Notes: generated from the letters alone by a model not told the origin. A stretch of 29,134 nt of DNA from an uncultured Candidatus Saccharibacteria bacterium (GCA_964601245.1 CAZRMR010000003.1:1-29134); one strand, 5' to 3'. Positions 8,967-17,423 are shown, counted from the first letter of the stretch. Program-made: numbers and translations.

Positions 8967-11051
8967 CTATATGTCAATATTAGCTAATTTAGCGTTTGAT
9001 TGGATGAAAGATTTGCGAGCTGGAACATCGGTACCCATAAGAATATCGAAAATACGATCTGCCTCTTGGGCATCCTCTATTTCTACTCTCTTCAAAATCC
9101 TTCTTTTAGGATCCATGGTTGTCTCCCAAAGTTCTTCTGCGTTCATTTCTCCAAGACCTTTGTATCTTTGGACATGAATTTTAGGACCTTTTGATTTATT
9201 TTTGGATTCTATTTCTTCTTCCTCTAAATTTTCTTCTGCCGATTCCGTTTCCTGTTCTTGATTTTCAACATTTTCTTCTACATTATTTTTACCCAATATT
9301 TTATTTTTATCTTCATCGCTATAGGCATAAAATATTTCTTTACCTTTTTTAATTTTATAAAGAGGTGGTTGAGCAATATAAATATAGCCATCGTCTATAA
9401 GCGGTCTAAAATATCTATACAACAAAGTTAAAATAAGAGTACGAATATGAGCCCCGTCAACATCGGCATCTGTAGCAATTATTACTTTATGATATCTAAG
9501 TTTTTCAATATCAAATGTGTCACCTATAGCCGTTCCCAAAGCTACTACCAAATTTTTTATTTGTTCTGAAGCGAGCATCCTGTCTAATCTGGCTCTTTCT
9601 ATGTTTAAAATTTTACCTCTTAAAGGAAGTATAGCTTGAGTTCTTCTATCTCTTCCTGTTTTAGCTGTACCTCCAGCAGAATCTCCCTCGACAATAAATA
9701 ATTCTGATTCTTCAGCTGACCTACTTTGACAATCAGCCAACTTTCCCGGAAGAGTCATCCCTTCTAAAACACCTTTTCTCAAAATAGAATCTTTGGCCGC
9801 TTTTGCCGCTTTTCTTGCTCTAAGAGCTAAGACAACCTTGCTTACTATTGCTTTAGCGTCATCTGGATTTTCTTCCAAAAAGGCACTAAAAGAATCTCCA
9901 AAAGCGTTTTCAACCATTCCTCTTGCTTCCACGCTTCCAAGTTTTGCTTTTGTTTGACCTTCAAATTGTATTTCTCGAAGTTTTACAGATATGACAGCCG
10001 TTAAACCTTCCAATACATCCTCCCCATTGAAAGCTTCTTCCCCATCTTTTATTAGATTGTTCTTTTTGGCATAAGAATTTAGAGTCCTTGTTAGTGCTGA
10101 TTTGAATCCAGTTATGTGAGTTCCCCCTTCGCTGTTATAAATATTGTTTGCAAAAGGCATTATTCTTGAAGAAATATCATCTATATATTGAAGAGCTATT
10201 TCTACCCCCTCACCCGCTGTTGGTGTATTTATTTTTTCTGTATAAAAAATATTTTTGTGTATCGGCTTTTGGTTGTGGTTATAAAATCTTATTAGTGACA
10301 TAAGACCGCCTTCAAAATAAAAACTCATTGACGGAGCTTCCAAAGATAAATCTGAAAGATAAAACAACCCATCTTTTTTATTTAAGATTGAATCTATTTT
10401 TTCATTTTTTCTAAGATCTATGACAGATATTTTTAGACCCTTAACTAGATAGGCCTGTTGTCTTAGGTGAGAAACGATTCTTCCGAAATCAAAAGAGACT
10501 TCTTTGAAAATCTCTATATCTGGCTCAAAGGTTATTATTGTGCCGTTCATTTTCGAGGAGCCTATTTTTTTAACCGAAGCTTTTTTCTTCCCTTTTGAAT
10601 ATTCTTGCATGTATATACCACCATCTCTATGAACTTCGGCCTTCATATAAATAGAAAGGGCATTTACCACAGAAGCACCTACTCCGTGTAAACCACCAGA
10701 GACCTTATAACCATCTCCTCCAAATTTACCTCCAGCGTGTAATGTGGTCAAAATTGTTTCCAAAGCAGAAACTTTTGTTTGTTTGTGCACATCGACTGGT
10801 ATACCTCTTCCGTTATCAACAACCCTTATTTTATTTCCTGGCAAAAGACAAACTTCAATATGGTCAGCAAAACCACCCATCGCTTCGTCTCTTGAGTTAT
10901 CAAAAATTTCCCATATTAAATGGTGCAAGCCATCCGGTCCAGTTGTCCCGATATACATTCCCGGTCTTTTTCTGACCGGCTCTAAACCTTCAAGCACCGT
11001 GATAGATTCAGCACTATAACTGCTTTTGTTTTTATCTTTTTTATCAGCCAT
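8967..11051 (-). CDS. gyrB: DNA gyrase subunit B
   Basis: LEGLEPVRKRPGMYIG, EIFDNSRDE, GGLHGVG, EGDSAGG, PLRGKILN, DADVDG, QRYKGLGEM. Confidence 0.97.
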   Translation of the reverse strand: MADKKDKNKSSYSAESITVLEGLEPVRKRPGMYIGTTGPDGLHHLIWEIFDNSRDEAMGGFADHIEVCLLPGNKIRVVDNGRGIPVDVHKQTKVSALETILTTLHAGGKFGGDGYKVSGGLHGVGASVVNALSIYMKAEVHRDGGIYMQEYSKGKKKASVKKIGSSKMNGTIITFEPDIEIFKEVSFDFGRIVSHLRQQAYLVKGLKISVIDLRKNEKIDSILNKKDGLFYLSDLSLEAPSMSFYFEGGLMSLIRFYNHNQKPIHKNIFYTEKINTPTAGEGVEIALQYIDDISSRIMPFANNIYNSEGGTHITGFKSALTRTLNSYAKKNNLIKDGEEAFNGEDVLEGLTAVISVKLREIQFEGQTKAKLGSVEARGMVENAFGDSFSAFLEENPDDAKAIVSKVVLALRARKAAKAAKDSILRKGVLEGMTLPGKLADCQSRSAEESELFIVEGDSAGGTAKTGRDRRTQAILPLRGKILNIERARLDRMLASEQIKNLVVALGTAIGDTFDIEKLRYHKVIIATDADVDGAHIRTLILTLLYRYFRPLIDDGYIYIAQPPLYKIKKGKEIFYAYSDEDKNKILGKNNVEENVENQEQETESAEENLEEEEIESKNKSKGPKIHVQRYKGLGEMNAEELWETTMDPKRRILKRVEIEDAQEADRIFDILMGTDVPARKSFIQSNAKLANIDI

Positions 11052-11059
11052 TATCCTTT

Positions 11060-11068
11060 ATTATAGCA
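11060..11068 (-). promoter_or_regulatory. Extended -10 promoter of gyrB
   Basis: TGC-TATAAT, 8 nt upstream of the ATG. Confidence 0.65.
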
Positions 11069-11070
11069 AA

Positions 11071-11760
11071 TTATGAGTTATCTCGCCAGTTTTCAAAAAG
11101 GTTTTTTATTAACAATTCTCTTGAATTTATCTCGTCTTTATTTTCTGGTATTGCCACAACGAAACGAATTTCTTCAATATTAGCCACCCTTCTAAATCCA
11201 ACTATCTTGGATGATTTTTTAAACTCATCTATTTTTTCTACAACAACCCCGTTTTTTATTTTTGTGGCGTGTAAGACATTTTCATCACCAAGATACATTC
11301 CAACATGATCGACTCCTTCCGGAACTTTTGTGCCACTTTTATATTCAATGCTCTCAGTATAAATTTTTCCTTTACCAGTATTCGAAAATACTAAATCTCC
11401 AAATCTTAATTCGTCTCTATCAATTTTTTTACCAAAAACATATTTATCTACAGATATGGAGGGCATCCATACTCCCGCCATTGTGTATAGATAACTTATT
11501 AAAGAAGAGCAACTAAAAGCGTCTGGAGCATCTTCCCTCATACTAGATGGGTTTTTGTATATTGCCCCCATGCATTTAGGTATAGTTTCTTTTATTGCTT
11601 CACCTACAATAACTTTTTTAAATTCTAAACCTTCTTTTGTAAGTAATTTCTCTATGTCTTTTTCATCTAAGTTTTTACCAGTTTCTTTTTGAAATTCTCT
11701 TACTGAGAATCCTATTAAATATTGCCAAGTTTTTTTGTTTTTTCTTATATTCAGATTCAT
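11071..11760 (-). CDS. NlpC/P60 (C40 peptidase) domain protein flanked by halves of a PheT B5-like domain
   Basis: AFSCSSLISY (Cys84), GDLVF, DHVGMYLG (His152), VLHA (His164); flanking segments resemble B5; no signal peptide. Confidence 0.85.
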   Translation of the reverse strand: MNLNIRKNKKTWQYLIGFSVREFQKETGKNLDEKDIEKLLTKEGLEFKKVIVGEAIKETIPKCMGAIYKNPSSMREDAPDAFSCSSLISYLYTMAGVWMPSISVDKYVFGKKIDRDELRFGDLVFSNTGKGKIYTESIEYKSGTKVPEGVDHVGMYLGDENVLHATKIKNGVVVEKIDEFKKSSKIVGFRRVANIEEIRFVVAIPENKDEINSRELLIKNLFENWRDNS

Positions 11761-11799
11761 CGTTGAATTTTATCATATTTTTATTTAAACTATATAAAC

Positions 11800-12969
11800 A
11801 TGAAAAAAACGAAATACAAAATAGAAAACAAAGAAGAAAAGGGCCTTTTAGAAACAATAGAGAAAAGAGAAGATGTGGAAGCCTTGAGAATAAAAAGATA
11901 TATTTCTATGCCTGATTTATCAAGGAAAGAGTTGAGCCCTCTAAAAGAAGTTGTAGAAAGAGCTAAAAATACTGAGACTTTAAAAGATTTTGATGAAATA
12001 GAAATATCAGAGATTGTCCCCGCTGATATAAGTTTTGATCTATTCAATTTTCCGGAAAATCATCCAGCAAGAAGTAAATCAGATACATATTATATAGATG
12101 AAAAAAATATTTTGAGGACCCATTGTACTGTGATGTGGTATTACTATCTGCATTTACCTGAAATAAGAGAAAAATTAGAAAAAGGAGAAGAATTGGGAGT
12201 CATATCTTTTGGAAAAGTTTATAGAAAAGATGAAATAGATCGAAGGCATATGAATGTTTTTCATCAGATTGATGGACTTTACCTTTGTCAAAAATCAGAA
12301 CACATAATTAATCAAGACGATTTAAAAAAAGTTCTGGCAGAAGTGGCACAGGGGATTTTTGGTAAAGATGTTAAATACAGATTTAATCCGGACACTTTCC
12401 CCTATACTCATTCTAGTCTAGAAATGGAAGTTGATAAAAATAGTATTAGTAAAAATGGAGAGAAAGAAGAATGGGTTGAAATACTTGGAGCTGGTATTGT
12501 TGAACCAAAAGTTTTAGAGAAATTTGGGATAGATAGTGAAAAGTATAATGGATGGGCTTTTGGTTTTGGTCTTGAGAGATTAGCTATAATTAGTATGGAA
12601 TTACCAGACATAAGACTTTTGTGGTCAGAAGACGAAAGAGTTTTAAAACAATTAAAACTTGGCCAAAAGTTTGTTGAGGTTAGCAAATATCCGGCAATAG
12701 TGAGAGATATATCTTTTGTGGTTGATAATGATTTTGTACCAAACAATTATTTTGATCTTGTTCGCCAGACTTTGGGTGATGTGGCAGAAGAAGTTGAACT
12801 TTTAGATAAATACGAAAATGAAGAAAAGTTTGGTAAAAATAAAATAAGTTATGCCTATCGCATAACCTACAGATCGCTTGATAGGACTCTTACAAATGCT
12901 GAAATAGAGGTTTTGCATAAAAAACTTGAAGATATAACAAAAAACACATTTAACGCGACAATTCGTTAA
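11800..12969 (+). CDS. pheS: Phenylalanine--tRNA ligase, single-chain mitochondrial-like type (catalytic domain plus FDX-ACB)
   Basis: HPARSKSDTYY, LRTH, GKVYRKDEID..H..VFHQ, GWAFGFGLERLA; C-terminal SKYPAIVRDISFVV...YRSLDRTLTNAEI (FDX-ACB). Confidence 0.93.
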   Translation: MKKTKYKIENKEEKGLLETIEKREDVEALRIKRYISMPDLSRKELSPLKEVVERAKNTETLKDFDEIEISEIVPADISFDLFNFPENHPARSKSDTYYIDEKNILRTHCTVMWYYYLHLPEIREKLEKGEELGVISFGKVYRKDEIDRRHMNVFHQIDGLYLCQKSEHIINQDDLKKVLAEVAQGIFGKDVKYRFNPDTFPYTHSSLEMEVDKNSISKNGEKEEWVEILGAGIVEPKVLEKFGIDSEKYNGWAFGFGLERLAIISMELPDIRLLWSEDERVLKQLKLGQKFVEVSKYPAIVRDISFVVDNDFVPNNYFDLVRQTLGDVAEEVELLDKYENEEKFGKNKISYAYRITYRSLDRTLTNAEIEVLHKKLEDITKNTFNATIR

Positions 12970-12991
12970 ATATGTGTTATATTCAAATTAA

Positions 12992-14224
12992 ATGGAAATT
13001 TCAGAAGTAATAACAAATATATTGCTTTTCGTGGCTCTCTATTTTGAGGTTTTTTTGCTTATAACTTATTTTGAAATAATAGAAAAAGAAAAAAAATCGA
13101 TATCCATAAAAACTGTATCAAAATACCCATCGGTCTCTATTATTGTGCCAGTTTGGAACGAAGAAAAAACGGTTTTAAAAACAATCTTTTCCCTACTCAA
13201 ATTAAATTATCCTAAAGACAAACTTTCAATATTCATAGTGGATGACGGAAGTGTGGACAATACATGGAAAGTTGTCCAAAGATTTTCAAAAAATAAACAG
13301 ATAAAGCTTTTAAGAAAAGAAAATGGTGGCAAACATACTGCTCTAAATTATGCTTTAGAATTCATAGATAGTGACCTTGTCGGTTGTTTAGATGCAGACT
13401 CTTTTGTTCATCCAGAAGCTTTGAAAAGGATGGTAATTCTCTTTGAGGACAAAGAAATAATGGCCGTTACTCCATCTATTAAACTTTTTGAACCAAAAGG
13501 TATTTTACAGATGATACAAAAAGCAGAATATATCTTTGGAATTTTCTTAAGAAAAGTCTTTTCCTATCTCAACGCTATATATATAACTCCCGGACCTTTT
13601 TCAATTTTTAGAAGAGATGTTTTTAGAAAAATAGGAAATTACAGACATGCTCACGGTACAGAAGATATGGAAGTGGCCATGAGAATGCAGAAAAACGGTA
13701 TGAAAATAGGCAATGTTCACAACGCTTTCATATACACAGTAGGTCCAAATACCCTTAAGAATCTCTACAAACAGAGATTGAGATGGGTCTATGGTTTTAT
13801 AAAAAACGTAATCGATTATAGAGATATGTTTTTCAAACCCCAGTATGGACATTTAAGTATGGCTATTTTGCCTGCAGCAAGTTTTTCGGTCTTGTCTACT
13901 TTATATTTCTTTGGGGCTTCTATTTTTAATTTTATAAACTCAATTATAGAAAAGATAACTCAAATATCTGTAGTTGGATTTTCTTTTGGTGATTTTAATT
14001 TTGATTTATTTTATATAAATACAGATATGATAGTTTTTGTATCAATGATTGCTATTCTTGGTACTTTCTTTATCATCGTCACATCAAGAGGTTTGGCAGA
14101 AGAAAAAGGAAAATTCGGTTTGGATAGCGTTTTGTTTTTGGCTCTCTATACTACTATAGCCCCTCTTTGGATGACCAAAGCTGTATATAACGTCGTTTTT
14201 GCTAAGAAGACTAAGTGGAGATAG
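12992..14224 (+). CDS. Processive family 2 glycosyltransferase (membrane polysaccharide synthase-like)
   Basis: DDGS, GGKH, DADS, TED and QRLRW (QxxRW) motifs; N- and C-terminal TM helices. Confidence 0.92.
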   Translation: MEISEVITNILLFVALYFEVFLLITYFEIIEKEKKSISIKTVSKYPSVSIIVPVWNEEKTVLKTIFSLLKLNYPKDKLSIFIVDDGSVDNTWKVVQRFSKNKQIKLLRKENGGKHTALNYALEFIDSDLVGCLDADSFVHPEALKRMVILFEDKEIMAVTPSIKLFEPKGILQMIQKAEYIFGIFLRKVFSYLNAIYITPGPFSIFRRDVFRKIGNYRHAHGTEDMEVAMRMQKNGMKIGNVHNAFIYTVGPNTLKNLYKQRLRWVYGFIKNVIDYRDMFFKPQYGHLSMAILPAASFSVLSTLYFFGASIFNFINSIIEKITQISVVGFSFGDFNFDLFYINTDMIVFVSMIAILGTFFIIVTSRGLAEEKGKFGLDSVLFLALYTTIAPLWMTKAVYNVVFAKKTKWR

Positions 14225-14259
14225 GAATAGTATATAGGTTATTAGATTTTAGATATTAG
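14222..14259 (+). repeat. Left heptamer array ending in TAG
   Basis: TAG at 14222, 14228, 14235, 14243, 14250, 14257 (spacing 6, 7, 8, 7, 7). Confidence 0.6.
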
Positions 14260-14278
14260 TTAAAAATTAAAATTTAAA

Positions 14279-14628
14279 ATGGGGCTACATAGTCATAAAG
14301 ATTTGATTGTTTGGTAGAAAAGTATGGTTTGGGTAGTAAATATCTACGAACTTACAAAAAGTTTTCCTCAATCAGAAATATATAGACTTTCATCTCAAAT
14401 GAGAAGGTGTGCTGTTTCTATTCATTCAAATATTGCCGAGGGAAGTAAAAGAAAAATCAAAATGATTTTTTGTAATTCATAGCTATTGCTTTTGGTTCTG
14501 GTGCTGAGTTAGAAACTCAAATAGAAATTGATAGACAATTGAGATATATTAAACTAGAGTTATTGAATTCATTAGAAAATTTGCTCCAAGAAGTTATGAA
14601 AATGTTGTCTGTAATGAGTAGAAAATAA
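14279..14628 (+). pseudogene. Four-helix-bundle protein (23S rRNA IVP / S23 family) pseudogene; not in the ORF track
   Basis: MGLHSHKDLIVW*KSM...[34 protein letters not shown]...IAFGSGAELETQIEI; TAG at 14315-14317, one base missing from the A-run at 14452-14456, TAA at 14473-14475; ~116 aa if repaired. Confidence 0.92.
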
Positions 14629-14629
14629 A

Positions 14630-14654
14630 AGCCCAATCCTAACAAGACTGGGCT
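14630..14654 (-). terminator. Intrinsic terminator of the alpha-CTD-like gene
   Basis: Minus strand AGCCCAGTC-TTGTTAG-GATTGGGCT (9 bp, one G-U) followed by TTTATTTT. Confidence 0.75.
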
Positions 14655-14678
14655 GTCTATTCTTCTAATTGAGCGTAG

Positions 14679-15392
14679 CTATTTTAATTGCTCAATAATA
14701 AAATTTATCTCCTCTTGGAGCTCTTTTTCTGTTACATGTCCGACACCTCCAAGTTTTCCTTTCAGGAAAAAATCTCTTGTATATACGAGTTCTCCAACTG
14801 TCTGAATATCGTATTTCTTGAGCAGATTGTAGGTCCGGACCGAGAGCTCAAGTTCTTCCGTGGAGCAAGAAAGAAGTCCAGATTTTTCTGGTTGGAGCCG
14901 GTATTCTTGCAATTTTTCTTTAAGTCGCAAAGAAGCCAGATTTCTAGATGTGTCTCTCGGCTTCTTTTGGATGTCAAACTCCAAAGAATACGGGTTGAAT
15001 CTTCTTCCAGATAAAGTTTTCAGAACTCTCCGGAAAGTGGCTCGTTCAACATCTTGCTTGTGTTCTGTCTCGATTAGAGTATCTCGGGTTTTTTCGTAGG
15101 CGTTAACAATGCAATGAAAATAATGATATGTACCCGGCAACAACCACCGCAATTCGCTAGGGGGTTCCTCGCATATTTTCTTGATAGCCATTTCTTTGAT
15201 ACGATTTTGATCGGGTTGGCCTCTGTCTGAGAAAGTCTGAACATAAACCAGTTTGCCACGATTCTCGCTGACTTGCACAAATCTAACGACTGTGGTGCCT
15301 ATTCGTGTGTTCATCTTGTCGTCGATTAATGGTTCTCCAAGATTGCGATTGTTGTGATCAAGCAAATCCCTAAAGGATTGTGTGATCTCCAT
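14679..15392 (-). CDS. Hypothetical protein with C-terminal RNA polymerase alpha-CTD-like domain
   Basis: EELELSVRTYNLLKKYDIQTVGELV...GGVGHVTEKELQEEI follows the alpha-CTD pattern (E. coli [25 protein letters not shown]...NLGKKSLTEI); purine-rich AAAGGGG upstream of the ATG. Confidence 0.75.
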   Translation of the reverse strand: MEITQSFRDLLDHNNRNLGEPLIDDKMNTRIGTTVVRFVQVSENRGKLVYVQTFSDRGQPDQNRIKEMAIKKICEEPPSELRWLLPGTYHYFHCIVNAYEKTRDTLIETEHKQDVERATFRRVLKTLSGRRFNPYSLEFDIQKKPRDTSRNLASLRLKEKLQEYRLQPEKSGLLSCSTEELELSVRTYNLLKKYDIQTVGELVYTRDFFLKGKLGGVGHVTEKELQEEINFIIEQLK

Positions 15393-15415
15393 TTTTTGTT
15401 CCCCTTTCTTTTTTT

Positions 15416-15444
15416 AAGATAACATCTTATATCATACTTGGCAA
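15416..15444 (-). promoter_or_regulatory. sigma70-type promoter for the alpha-CTD-like gene
   Basis: TTGCCA (15444-15439), 17 nt, TGT-TATCTT (-10 at 15421-15416). Confidence 0.55.
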
Positions 15445-15483
15445 TGATTTGCGTTTTTTATGATTTCTGTTATTATCTTCTTA

Positions 15484-15507
15484 CTAACAACTATAGACTA
15501 ATCACTA
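15484..15507 (+). repeat. Right heptamer array starting with CTA (inverse of the left array)
   Basis: CTAACAA CTATAGA CTAATCA CTA; CTA at 15484, 15491, 15498, 15505. Confidence 0.6.
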
Positions 15508-15512
15508 CATTA

Positions 15513-16229
15513 ATGGATTGGAAGAAATATACATACACATTTTTTATAACAGCAGTTATTTTTATAACGGCTATATTTTTAAGCAATTATTTTAGCCAAA
15601 AGAGGATAAATGAGATAAAAAATATAGAAAGTAGAATTGCGGTAGATATCTTGGCTTCAGAAACCCAATTTTCTCTTCTGTCAGAGCTTTCTTGTAGAGA
15701 TATATCTAGCGGTTTACTCTCAAAAGAACTTGCTACTTTAGGTGATAAACTTTCTTATACAGAGCAAAATCGTGGATCTGATGATTCAGAAGTTATAAAT
15801 CTCAAAAAATATTACTCCCTACTCCAAATTAAGGATTTTATTTTGATGCAAAAAATAAAAGAAAGGTGTGGCTCTCTTCAGACAAATAGCGATCTTTCTG
15901 TAATGTATTTTTATTCAAACAAGGAAGATAAATGTCCTGATTGCCAAAAAGAAGGTTATGTTTTGACTAAATTAAGAGAAGAGTATCCAGAATTGAGGGT
16001 CTATTCTTTTGATTATGATCTTGACCTTTCTGCTTTGGAGACGATGATAAGTATATACAATATCAAAGACGAACAGCCGGCTATTCTAATAAAAGACAAA
16101 GTTTATTATGGTTTTAAATCAATAGACGAAATAAAAGATCTTATACCAGCTCTAAAAGAGATAGACAAAAAAAGAGCACTTGAAGAACTAAAGGCAAAAG
16201 AAGAAGCTACTTCTACAAAAACAAATTAA
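15513..16229 (+). CDS. Membrane-anchored protein with a C-terminal CxxC thioredoxin-like domain (start revised to MDWKKY at 15513)
   Basis: N-terminal TM helix; VMYFYSNKEDKCPDCQKEG...RVYSFD...PAILI. Confidence 0.75.
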   Translation: MDWKKYTYTFFITAVIFITAIFLSNYFSQKRINEIKNIESRIAVDILASETQFSLLSELSCRDISSGLLSKELATLGDKLSYTEQNRGSDDSEVINLKKYYSLLQIKDFILMQKIKERCGSLQTNSDLSVMYFYSNKEDKCPDCQKEGYVLTKLREEYPELRVYSFDYDLDLSALETMISIYNIKDEQPAILIKDKVYYGFKSIDEIKDLIPALKEIDKKRALEELKAKEEATSTKTN

Positions 16230-16234
16230 TTTTG

Positions 16235-16307
16235 AGCCACCTGTCAGGCTTGAACTGACGCGCTCCCGTTTACAAAACGGGTGCTCTACCAACTGAGCTA
16301 AGGTGGC
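16235..16307 (-). tRNA. tRNA-Thr(TGT), CCA not encoded
   Basis: 73 nt: acceptor GCCACCT/AGGTGGC, D arm GCTC/GAGC, anticodon arm CCCGT-TTTGTAA-ACGGG, T arm GTCAG-TTCAAGC-CTGAC. Confidence 0.97.
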
Positions 16308-16324
16308 AATAATTTAAAAATGAA

Positions 16325-16744
16325 CTAACTTATATCATCTTCGAAATCCAATCTGTCTTCAATCTTACCCCTCTCACCGTTGCCTTTATGTTCTGTTATC
16401 TTTTTCAGATAAAAGGAAGCTGATCCTTTGTTTTTTATTTGTTTTTTGCCTATAAGTATGCTGTTTTTTCTTAATCTATATTCTTCTATTATTCTATTTT
16501 TATATTTTTCAAACAACTCTATAAGCAACTCTTTTACTTTGACAAGTATAATATAACGGATCGTTTGAATCAATTGCAAACTTCTAAACTTTGTTGAATG
16601 AAAAAAAACCAAAGCTTTGTCGTCTAGTTTGTTTAGTATGCCAAGCATTGAGTTTTTATTGCCTTTTTTTATCTCAAAATATTTTATAACAACAAAAATT
16701 GTTGATATAAAAAACGAAAGACAAAAAATGATTATAGTTGTCAT
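16325..16744 (-). CDS. Hypothetical basic protein with an N-terminal TM helix
   Basis: 139-aa ORF 1 nt downstream of tsf on the same strand; hydrophobic N-terminus. Confidence 0.75.
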   Translation of the reverse strand: MTTIIIFCLSFFISTIFVVIKYFEIKKGNKNSMLGILNKLDDKALVFFHSTKFRSLQLIQTIRYIILVKVKELLIELFEKYKNRIIEEYRLRKNSILIGKKQIKNKGSASFYLKKITEHKGNGERGKIEDRLDFEDDIS

Positions 16745-16745
16745 T

Positions 16746-17330
16746 TTATTTGATAGAGAGTCTTGAAAATCTTCCTACCTCTGTTCTTTCTCCAAATTTT
16801 TGAGTTGCTTGTTCAATTAGATTTTTTATAGTTATCTCTGGGTTTTTTATGAAAGGCTGATCAAGCAAAACTTTTTCAGAAAAGTAAGAAGCCAGTTTGC
16901 CTTCAACTATTTTTGCTCTCATTTCTGCTGGCTTATCTTTCGCTTCTTCTTCAAAAAGCTCTTTTGCTTTTGCTTTGTCTTCTTCTTTTATATCTTCTAC
17001 TCTTATGTATTCTGGAGAAGAAGCTGTTATATGCATTGCAATATCTCTTGCAATGGCTTTAAAATCCTCATTTCGGGCCACAAAATCTGTTTCGCATAGA
17101 AGCTCTACCATGGCGCCCACATTGCCATTTGCGTGAATATAAGAGCCTATAAAGCCTGCCCCAAGATTCCTCTCGGCTTTTTTATCAGCTGAAACTTTGC
17201 TTATTTTTCTTAATATTATTTTCGCTTTTTCTATGTCGCCCCCTGCTTCTTCTAAAGCTTTTTTGCATTGCATTACGGATACTCCCGTTTCGTCTCTAAG
17301 TGTTTTAATAAGTTCGGTGCTTATTTCCAT
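16746..17330 (-). CDS. tsf: Elongation factor Ts (short form)
   Basis: IKTLRDETGVSVMQCKKAL, ELLCETDFVA, VLLDQPFIK; downstream of rpsB. Confidence 0.97.
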   Translation of the reverse strand: MEISTELIKTLRDETGVSVMQCKKALEEAGGDIEKAKIILRKISKVSADKKAERNLGAGFIGSYIHANGNVGAMVELLCETDFVARNEDFKAIARDIAMHITASSPEYIRVEDIKEEDKAKAKELFEEEAKDKPAEMRAKIVEGKLASYFSEKVLLDQPFIKNPEITIKNLIEQATQKFGERTEVGRFSRLSIK

Positions 17331-17423
17331 ATTTAAAATTTAAAGTTTATTAAATTAGACTTCTTAATAATATAATATTATAAAAAAATAGCTGATTTTT
17401 CAATACCTAATCCACAATCAGAC

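Noticed and set aside
14315-14317. Stop-codon reassignment explaining the in-frame TAG
   Set aside because: TAG, TAA and TGA all end normal genes in this window, and the same gene also has a frameshift and a TAA.
16235-16307. tRNA-Thr as an integration site for an island
   Set aside because: No duplicated tRNA 3' end and no integrase nearby.
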